The notes beneath the pieces are model-generated. The model made no database searches. It had not been told where the DNA came from and saw only the letters and a program-made list of their open reading frames with translations. Shown here one piece after another: positions 26,303 to 36,700 of a stretch of DNA of 64,000 nt. Positions within the stretch are counted from its first letter, which is position 1. The number at the start of each line of letters is the position of its first letter. This stretch comes from Phoronis australis (taxonomy: Eukaryota; Animalia; Phoronida). The translations under genes were made by a program, and so were the position numbers. The stretch spans positions 98,194 to 162,193 of the forward strand of contig NMRA01000488.1 in assembly GCA_002633005.1 (NCBI GenBank), written 5' to 3'.

Positions 26303-26997
26303 GTAAGTAAAACGTTGTCTTGTATCAAAACACTTTGCATTGCAGTGTCGTTACGGTACACATTGTATTGTGCTTCTTTCTCTCTCATGTGCAGATTGTG
26401 CTTAATAGGATCACTGTAAACGAAGTGTCCAGTCCAATATTTGCAGCCCGACGAGCCCTTTCCCTTGTTGCTGCTTTGATCGATTGACGTAGCCTGGCTC
26501 AGGTCACGTAGTCAGCTAACGTTAGCTGTATTGCAAAGTGATTACAGTCACTCAATTTATAAATCGTCCTTCAAACATTGCACTGAATTAGTGAATAGCA
26601 GGCATATTATTCACAAGTTCTCTAAATCAGGTCAATGATGGCAAAGGCATACATATACTACAGACTTGTACAGTGCTCAAACCTTTCTAGAAGCTTTGCC
26701 TTTGGCTTTGCAGCCTTTCCACAGTCTCCCATCAATTTGTTGCCGTATCCTCAGCGGCCTTAGTCTTGGGCTTAATGTTGAAAAATACACCCCTACCAAG
26801 GTTAAGCTAGGTACTTCCAGTGTGTGAGCCAAACGTCCAAACTTTTAGTTCTATATTCAGAGTATGCAATTGCCTATAAGAGAGTTTAGCACGTGATTTG
26901 GAGAGGCTTCACATCAAATCCGTAAGTCAAATACATTGGTGCCAATCTGAAGTACATAGTATACTGCTTTCCCTTTGAAATAATCTGGGTAATAGGT

Positions 26998-28167
26998 AAA
27001 CATGAAAGCGCTCTGAGGAGCGAAACTTGGCGGACGATGGTGGCGAAGATGAACAAAAGAAGTAATAATAACATACACATGACGAACGTAGAAGTCTGAA
27101 ATCAGTAAGAAAAAGGCTACAGTCTTGAGCGACACTTGGCGAAATTAACGGAAAAGACAACGACGGAGATGATGACGAAGATGATGACGATGATGACGAA
27201 TATGATGATGGTGGTGGCCATGATGAAGAACATCATAACATTCATATGACGAATTTAGATGTCATAAATCATTAAGAAATAGGCTGCAGTCTAGTTCAAT
27301 AGAAGCTAAACCAACCTGAATGCAGCAAGAGCGCTCAACAAAGGAGAACGTTATCACAAAATCTCAAATAACTCGAAAAGTAGACGTCGTAGAGAAAAAT
27401 AAAAAGCATCTTCTGAAAGCCCGTTCAAAGCTCTATCTAAGCTGATGGTATCGCCGTAAATCCGTAAATTTTTCGAAAAAAATGAAATTTTGCGTTTTTT
27501 TAAGAATGTCAAAGTCAAATAACTCGAAAACGGTAAGTCTGAGAGAAAAATTGTTACAGGCCATTTGAAAGGTAATACTTCAAAGAATCTACATGCAAAA
27601 AATCACGTCTTTTTCTCTTCCGGTTTAAAATCGCACTCCAGACGCCTGAAAATGGGTCAACATGCGCCATATCCGCCATCTTGAAAGCAACTTCCGGTTT
27701 TTTGGTTTTGTATAATAGCATGTTACAAGAAACTAATACCTGTAAAAATTCGAAGGAATTGGTTTGATAATGCGCCCTCTAGAGGAGAAAACGTTTTTAA
27801 GCCAAAATCGAGGTGCGCATGCGCGATCGCCGATATTTCCGCCATCTTTAGCCGGAAGTAAACAATTTCCGGTATATTTGTAGCAAACTTCCGGTCCATT
27901 TACTGTGCCGATTCTTAGCCTTTTACGTAAAAAATTGTAGCCTCCAGAAGCATTTGAACCTTTAAATGGAAACAAAATGGCCGCCACAGCCGCCATCTTG
28001 GATCCGATTTTGACGAAAAACAATAGGCTTCCAGTACTTCCGGAAGTACGTGTTATGTGTAAATTTCGTGATGATCGGACGAAAATTGCGACCTGTATCG
28101 TGCGAACAAACAAACAAAAAAAAAAATATACAATATACTTGGCGAAATTTATTTCGCCAAGTAATAA
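26998..28167 (-). mobile_element. Helentron-associated / DINE-1-like non-autonomous element (HINE)
   Basis: 5' end TTATTACTTGGCGAAAT-AA-ATTTCGCCAAGTA palindrome, then a (GTTT)n tract and several AAGATGGCGG motifs. The 3' end has the subterminal repeat CGCCAAGT followed by hairpin CGCTC-CTCA-GAGCG. Internal (GAT)n at 27160..27230. Confidence 0.65.
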
Positions 28168-28516
28168 CGAAATCTGACACAAAATTAGTGTTTTTAAAAA
28201 CTACACTTTTTCTATGAGTAAGCTAACTAATGGTTAGTGGCGTAAAAATGATACCATTTGTCTGTTTATTCTGCATTTGAATTTGTGGAGTAATCATACG
28301 CATCAACTTAGAGTTCCATGAAATAGAGCACCATCTGTTGGTCAGTTTCTGTTTTCGTCAGTGTCTCAATCCACTGTTCTTTTATCACAATTTTTCACAC
28401 AGGAGTCACAACAAATTGCCAGAAGTGTTTGCACTTCGTTAAGAATTTTCAGTGTTTCAGGGGCCATTTTTTAATTATAAATTTGTTTAGCAAATTTTAT
28501 CACCATCTCCCAAAAG

Positions 28517-28550
28517 ATGGCTCTTTATCAAAATAAAAATGAACAAAATG
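28517..28550 (+). other. Upstream exon segment of the plus-strand gene containing a uATG
   Basis: aaagATGG start, reading MALYQNKNEQN, then strong donor G|GTAAGT at 28551. Confidence 0.4.
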
Positions 28551-29343
28551 GTAAGTGCTAGTGTCAATACTGTTTTGTAATTGATGTCTGACTTGTGTGT
28601 TTTTGTTACAAAAGATGGAGATACATACGTATGAAATTCTTAAATCGGCATGGAAATGTATAGTTGGCGCTAAAATCTTTTTAGACTTACATTGCTTAGG
28701 TCACATGATGTGGCCACAGGTGGAGTGCTGACCTGACATAAAATGTTTCCGAAAAGCTGGATAGTGGTACAAGAAAATGACGGTCATGCAGCTGGCTTGT
28801 ATTTCTTTTATTTTTAAGCATTTGTAACGGATATAAGGTACATTGTCGGAGTAGGGAAAATCTTATGCATGGCTCGAGGTGATGTTGCAGTTTGATGTAA
28901 ATTTTGTTGCCAAGGGTCCTAATAGAATTGTGCTGAATTGAAATAGCGAGCTTCTCGTAAATTGCCAACTGGATCCAGAACACAAAGAGAGTACCACTGC
29001 AGGCATATTTCAGAACACAGGACAAACTCCAGAGCTCTTTAATAAACCAATTATTTCAAGTAGTTTTCAATGTCATCCTTGTACATATTGGACTTGTAAA
29101 TCGGAGTGCTTTGGTCTCATCACCGCCTCTGTTACACTTCATCCACAAGTATTGTGTGCAACAATCTACCAGTTGATTCGTGGACTACTCAGTTCTTACC
29201 TCACATCCAAGGGTTTATTTAAAAAATCGGCAGAAGTTTTCGGAGGTCTTGGTGTTGACTCTGCGTTCTTCAGTGATGGTGACGCTGTATGTAGTAACAC
29301 GTCATAAACAGAGGAAAGCTTGTAGCCTTCATTCTTGTTCATC

Positions 29344-29412
29344 ATTTGTTCATTTTTCTGATTTGTTCATTTTTCTGATTTGTTCATTTTTCTGATTTGT
29401 TCATTTTTCTGA
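29344..29412. repeat. 17-bp tandem repeat x4
   Basis: ATTTGTTCATTTTTCTG x4, perfect. Confidence 0.95.
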
Positions 29413-31789
29413 TACAGTTGGAGTTCTTAATCATCCCAAAGTCAGTGTTATGTTCATTTGCTGGAATCTTGGAGCTGTTCAATTGAGTAGTCTAATCATA
29501 CAGATATCCAGATGAGACTTTTGTAATTAACCTATTAGCTAGTATTATTGAGTGTTCATCACTGGGCACTCTTTATGAGCCAATGTTTTCATCCCAACAC
29601 ATTGCATTTTGTGCATGGTGTACCTCTATCCTGTGCTTTTTTCTTATGTGTACTAGTTGGTATATGATTCATAACATAAGCCATCTCAGAATTCAGTATT
29701 AGGGTGAAATTTAATGAGCGACAGATAGAATCATATGAAGCTTTGGGGTGTAATATGTAAAAATGTATTCTAACTCTATGCTAAACAGCTGTCATTAAAG
29801 ATTACAATCTTCCTTGGTTAAACTCAGTTGGTTGCCAGTCCTCGAAAATAGTCCATTATTTGTGGAGCTATCGTGTCAGCTTTGTGCGCGTGATGAAACA
29901 CGGTGCCATCTATTGGTCATTCTTCTAATTCTTCATTAAAGTTTTCTGTTCATAAGTTGCAGTTTAAATCAAAATACCTGACAACGATTTTCACTTCATT
30001 GTAATTTTGAGCATTTTTGTTACCATTTGTGAGCAAATTGTACTTCATGTTGTAATTTTGTCATGGTTTATGTTGCTCTACCAAAACGCAAACAAATGAC
30101 ATGTGTGCACTTCACAAGCGTATGATGTTTTCACTTTTTTATACAAAAACGAGAATGCAGTGCAAGTAAATGACGTGCATCAAAGATGTGGTTCTTTTAA
30201 GTGGCTTTAACCAGCAGGTTAAAGCGGTTTGTATGGGGGATGGTAAATGTCAGACACTCTGCAATTTGGTATATGAATGAAACCACAACTTGAGTTTTGT
30301 GTATTGACTGAAAATACTAGAGATCTTTGTTTATTTGTCCAGTTTTTAGCCGCAATGATTCCTAGCTATGAATTCATTCATACACAGGCAGGCTAGATGC
30401 CAGGTTCTTTTAGTTACAGGGTACATAATCAGAGATGCTCATGAGAAGAAATCTGGAATATGGGGTTCAACTCATCTCTCTGTAATTATCATATGTTATG
30501 AGCGTGAACAAAATGTCCCTTGGCCTCACTTGGCCCAGACTAATCACCTATGCATTCATTGGGTCATACTTATATATACAAACTAGTTCCTAGTTAAAAT
30601 CACGTATTTGTAAAATATATGGGCATGGCAGTTAAAAACTTTATCATAAATGTGGATTTATAGTTATTTTTAATTCTTTTAGTTTTGTATTTATTAGAAC
30701 AGACAATTATTTCTTTTTAACTCCACTGAAAAACCATTCCAATGGCTCTGGAACAACAAATGTGAACTTTATCTGTGTTATGGTAGCCTAGATTAGTTTT
30801 TAGTCTCTACTACAGATGTCTCTGCTTATTAAAATTGAGTACTATTAATAAACATAGTCTCATGTGTCAGTGTTGGGAAACTGGGGTTGCTTATACTTTT
30901 GTCTGCAGATTGAGGTCATGTTGTGTTTTTTAGAGTAATGCTATTTGCTTGCCTTTCCGAATTCACTATGCATAAGCTCAAGTGAAACTGAAAGTGATCC
31001 TTAGCACTGCATTTTACGATTTTGGCTGACCATGAGAACATGTTGAAATTTGGACAACTTTGATACATGCTATCAGAATCAAATAAAACTTTGATGTGCT
31101 TTGCGAACTGCATATGCCTTCCGTAGTTTTGATATGAATGACTTTTTCCCAAGCATATCATTTTGCTAAATTTCACTTAAAAATAATTAAGTCACTTAAA
31201 GCCAATGAGTGGTAGATCACTGTAAACCTCAAACTATTAGAATTCTAGTTTCAGAAAAAAATTCTTGCCTTGAATTTATTTCTGTACGTATAGAAATTTG
31301 GTGAAATGACCAGGCAGACTGCTAAAATGTTCATCTACATTTAATAATTCTCCACTTAAACAGGTAAAACGTCACTATGGTACAACAAACTTTTTCTTGT
31401 GTATGATTCGAACGTTTTACCCTCAGCGTTTTGTTGATCTAGATCTAGAATAACATCATACACCCGGGGGAGCTGTAGTCCTTGGTTTCGATTCATGGTA
31501 AGCTGTCTGGTTTTTATAAAAACACCCTCCTTAACTTTTCAAGAGAGCCAGCATTCCTCTCTGGCTAGATTCATATTTTGAATTATTAATTAAGTCTGTA
31601 GTGTGTCCTTAAAATATCATAAGAACCTAAAAACTTTTGGCCTCAGAGGTCAGTGGTCTTTTGCAAACTTCAGCGATAACCTGATGATGTACAACCAAGT
31701 AATGAAGATAAATGATAGATCCTACTAAAACAAAACATGTCACTTAAAGGTCAGTGACCTTTCATGAGGTTTCTTTCTTTTATCTATGA

Positions 31790-32042
31790 CTTATCAACAA
31801 GCCTATGTATTTAGTCAAATATCTACAAAACTTTTGATTTTAACTCAGTAAAAGTATATATTTTCTGAAAATAAAAAGTCTGTAGGATTGGATTTTTACT
31901 TTTTACCAATCTGCCATTAAGTGGGTCACACGACCATGTCTTTTCAATGAAATTTAACTAAAAAGAAATTACATTCATGACATTCAACTTTATCAATAAC
32001 ATGACCAAATTATGGTTGATATAAATATTCATTAAAATCTCA
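31790..32042. repeat. Dispersed repeat, inverted homolog of 20860..21105
   Basis: See 20860..21105. Confidence 0.65.
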
Positions 32043-32440
32043 AAAATGCATTTACAGTTCTTTAAGTTAACATCTTGTTTTTGCAAATTTTGAATTTGCT
32101 CATGGAAATCGTGGAGGTGTTATTTTGATAAATGTGAGCCAGTCTCTGAACAGATGAAATTCATACATGTAAAAGGTAAAGGATACCTTTTAGAGTGTTA
32201 TCCTTAAAAATAATTAGTTCAAGTTGAAACTATCAAATTAGCTCCAAGAAAATTATTTTCGTTTTGAAGTTAATGACCTACTCTTCAAGTTAAGCGTACT
32301 TTAATAAACATGCAATGATTTAAATTTTTCACAAACAAAAGTAAACTGTTAAGCTTTTGTTGACAATCTTACCCGATTATGTACTTTACCAGGGTATGTC
32401 AACCCAATGTGTACCTTGGTAAGTTTGACCTGACCTACAG

Positions 32441-32532
32441 ATCTCGTCCCCACAGTGAGGTCACCATCTGATGATAGTATTTATGTTGAAACATTGTCAA
32501 CACAGGCAGTTCAGTGTTACTGCTATCCATAG
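32441..32532 (+). other. Probable 5' leader exon of the plus-strand gene
   Basis: Branch/acceptor ctgacctacag| and donor TAG|GTAAGA. Confidence 0.45.
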
Positions 32533-33570
32533 GTAAGACGAGTGATATTTTGTTGTTTTTGTTATTTGGAGGTGAACATCAAGATTTCTAGCATGTTTTG
32601 AAAAAATAATTAAATTAATTAAGTTTTATTGTTATTGATTTAATGTTGGTTCTGTTAGAAATTGAAGCAAGTGTGATTGACCCAGTTGCATATTTGATAC
32701 AATTTGTAGCAAACTTTGTTGCCGTTAGTTGTCAGGTAAGCAGTCAAGAGACTGGTTGTGTTGATGGAAATAGTGTATAGGTGAGACAACAGGGTGTTTA
32801 AGTCAGTGTTGACTTGTTTTGCATGGACTTGGATGGATCATATTGAGGAATCAATGGAACAGATAGTCAGTCCATGGAACATATAGTCAGTCCAGACTGG
32901 CGGACTTGAAATCTCTCAGAAAAAGTATGGTGATGCGCTGTTCAAACTTGGGTATGTTTTTACAACAATGGCGCAGTTTTATTTTGATGATGTCAATGTC
33001 GACAGTACTTGCTCATCCTGGGGCACAAAATATTGTTGAAACTCTTCCGGGATCCACCAGTTTTAAGTTGGTGAATCCTTGTTTTTTACCTTTTGGGATT
33101 GGTTTTGAATTGTTTAGAATCAGAACTGGACAAGAGTTTATGGATTTTCACTGAGTTTTGAATTTTTTCAATCAACACATCTATATCTTGTGATAAAATA
33201 AACTTTGAAAAAAGCAGGTGGTCTTGTGACTTTCCTGGGAACGCAGATTCACATTTTCTGCTATTGTTGGGGAATGTAAAAGTACAAAGCTTTGGGAATT
33301 TTTTTCATATGTTCATTAAAGGGCATGATGTATCACATGCAAAAAAATATGTTTAATTTGAAATTTTACTTTCTTATTCGCAACTTTGTTGATTAAAAAC
33401 AAATTTCATCCTCATCTATTGAGGAATATAAAATAAAGCAATTTTTAAACTTAGGAATAAACTTTACCCATGTATCATCATGTAAAATATAATTTGTAAT
33501 ACGATAAATATCAATGTCAATCAGTAAAAATGTTTTTTCAGGTGATTTGTTGTGCATATGATGCTTGACT

Positions 33571-33739
33571 ATGTCTACTGCTGGACGCATATATGTTGAG
33601 GGTGTACCCAGCAGTGCTTCGCGGGAGAGGCTGGAGCTGTTTTTCACCAAGGTTACTCAAGGTGCTGACATCAACCATGTGTACTTTCCACTTCCTCTGA
33701 AACCCCAGACAGCCGTGGTAGAGTTTACAGATCAACTAG
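33571..33739 (+). CDS. Coding exon 1: PARP14/NMI-type RRM
   Basis: RIYVEGVPSSASRERLELFFTK...AVVEFTD. In-frame TGA at 33559 lies upstream of the ATG. Acceptor at 33541, donor G|GTATGT. Confidence 0.8.
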
Positions 33740-36700
33740 GTATGTTCTACGATATTCTCAATAGTTACTTCTTTTAATATGTCAAACTCTTGATCAAATT
33801 GAAGATAAAATGAGAAGTGTCCTTGCTGGAAGATTTTTTGTTCACATATAATTGAAAACTCCTGTAGTTTCGCAAGTGCATCTGTTGACACTTTTTTGAT
33901 GAATGCTAAGTAGCCTCATTTTGCCCCCTCCCCCTATTCAGATAAGACCTGATTTCAAGGCTTGAGAAGAACTTGTTTTTGATGCAGACCAGGCTCACAG
34001 AGTTAATTGTCATCGCAGGTTACTCTTTACAGACATTTTGTTGTAACGCATGGACAAAGTTGTTATTGACAAAGGTTTTTGGTGGCTTTAGAGGCGATGC
34101 TTCGAAAAACTTCGCAATTGTAAACAGTGTAGAGTGATGTAAATACAGTATGTGTAGATGTTTCATTTCGTCCTGTCGTAAGAAAAGTTTCAGGTCACGT
34201 GATCATCTTTCCTGGTCAGTAAGATCAAACGTTCAGCTGCTAAAATTTTATGACACTGTCTCACTTCTGGAATGCTGTATAATAACAAGCAAATGATGAA
34301 ATTTAGGATTTTCATATTCACCAAGTGTGATAAATCAGTCCTCAAAAATAGGGAAAATTCACCTTTTATGACAAGTTTCATTGAAGGTACCCTCCTAAAT
34401 TACCTGGCAAGCTTTTCACTAGTTTTAGAGCATAGTAGTTACATGGTTATGTAAGAAAAATATGTCCACCGGCTTTCTCTCCCTACAAACTCAAGTCAGA
34501 CATCCTGCAAGGTTCTCAATCTTGCCACTGAGTTAGCTGCTTGGCATTTCCTAGCCATCCTACAGTGATTGACCTTTGATTGGGGTCATTCCATTGACTA
34601 CGAAATTTGAAACTGGACATCACCTCCACAACCCTTTTTATTAAGAGCAATATGAATAAGATATCAAGGTGCACATATTGTTTCTTTGTGTATTTTCAAA
34701 AATGACCCCAATCGAATGTCGGACAACATCCAATGACAAGGTAGCTAGCCTAGTGTTTGATGAGCGCATCACACGGTGGGGAAAGTGGGGAAATTGAGCT
34801 CCTTGCATGATATCCAAAATCAGGATTTTAGTCTGCATGGATCAAATGACTGTGGAGCATAATCCCGAGTGTTGAACAAAACTTTCATTTCAGTTGTTGA
34901 CCTAATTCTACAAGACACTCAACATGGTTACCGCTACATTCAGTACAAAGAGGGTGATCAAAGTGACCCGATCCGGTTGTCTGCATATGAAGTAGGTGAA
35001 CCCTTAGAAAATACTGCACCCCTTTGGGATGACACTCGCATTTGGATTAACTTCAACCATAGAATTTCAAAAGTGTATTTAAACACCCTTGTTTTGCTGT
35101 TAGGCTTAATGTTCATTCAGTAATTGTAAAATGTTTCACCTGAAATGCAATGAATGTTAACTTTTAATTATGCCAAATTTATTGTCTCGGTTATTGGCGA
35201 GCCAAAGACATGCGCTTTTATTTACAAGTCTTTCACCTCAGGCCTTGCAGGTTGAATAGATAGTGTTTTATTTATTTGCTATGAGAAATTGGTGTATTTT
35301 AATTTGTGCATTACAGACATCTTTGTCTGCTCCATAACTTTTATAGAATGGCATTCATTTGTAGAAACTTAAGCATCACTCTGTTCTGTTTTTAACACCG
35401 CATTTATGAAAACAGAAGTCAGGGTGTGGAAACGGTTGTATGGCTGCATCTCTAAATTCCAACTTCAATCTTCTGAACCCCTGGGTCATGTGGACCATCA
35501 AAACTACAACTGTGATACAAATTCTGTGCCCTTGCTGCTAGCTTCACGTACCTGCCAAAAATGCTCCGTGCCCGGTGACCAAATTTGACCCAAATCATAG
35601 GTGTCAATTTGGAATCTGGTTCTGGGGTATGAAGTATTTTCAGTGTATTTATAGCATTAGGGGATTTGCTAGTTCAGGAATGGGATGTAGGTGATCGTAG
35701 TTGTAATTTTAAAGGATTGGCCATGGGACTGTTTGCACCCCCTGAAAATGTGACTGATCGATATTGTTGAAAATTCATTAGTTTTGGCCTTGTAAGCGTA
35801 GTGTGGATGTCACTTTCCACCTCACTAATTACTGCTCTATTACAATTCTATTATTTTTGTGTATGAAGCAGATTGATAGGTTCAGCACATTTTCATTGTA
35901 GGGACCAGAGAACCCTCTACTCTCGTTGGAACTCGACTCATTTGCCATCAGCGGCATGGAGATCAATTCTCAGGACGACATTGACAGGATAACGGAGATT
36001 ATGCAGAAGCCTTTTGTGCACTTTAGCCAAGAGATAAAGTTCCTGAACCTTGAGGAGGTCATCAGCAAGGAAGCCAAAGACGAGAACTTGACACCATCTA
36101 AAATGGCTACCGTCAATAATGACAGCACTGTGAAACTTGACTTCTCTGGTCTTCACAAAGTCTTGTACGATAAAATGGTGCAGTGCAAAGTTTCTAAGGT
36201 TGGTAGCAGACTAAGGCTTCTGTTGCATTAAAAGAGATTCGCAAAGAGGCTTTTGAAAGCCTGATATCCTATTTTTGTTAGAGTCGTGTCTTCTACTACT
36301 AAAAATTAGAAGACAAAATTAATGTTGCCGCAATGGTGATCTTTATTTACATTATTTTGGGTAACTTGGACATGAAAAATTTTCCTTGATTATTCAATTC
36401 AATTTATTAATCACTTTAAATTCTGTTGGTCGCGTTACCTTTCACTTGATTAACGATAAGAACAGAAATTAAATTATGAACTTTAATTAGTTTTTTGAAG
36501 TTCAGTCTTTGAGCAGCAACAGCAGCGGCATCACCAGAGTAATAATATATCACCTGCTGTTTTAGGTGCATAAAATGTTCTTCCCAACGGACGTCAAGTA
36601 TTGCGTTCCTGATACAGCCTTCGACGCTGAGGAGGTAGCACGTTTGTATCAGCGTTCGCCAGGATACGGTGTTCTGACCCAGTCTAAGGAACGGTACCAG

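Noticed and set aside
27733-28182. 149-aa ORF
   Set aside because: It lies inside the HINE-like repeat and has no protein-like signature.
32550-33300. Possible decayed LINE fragment on the minus strand
   Set aside because: The composition is suggestive, but I could not read a convincing RT or endonuclease motif.
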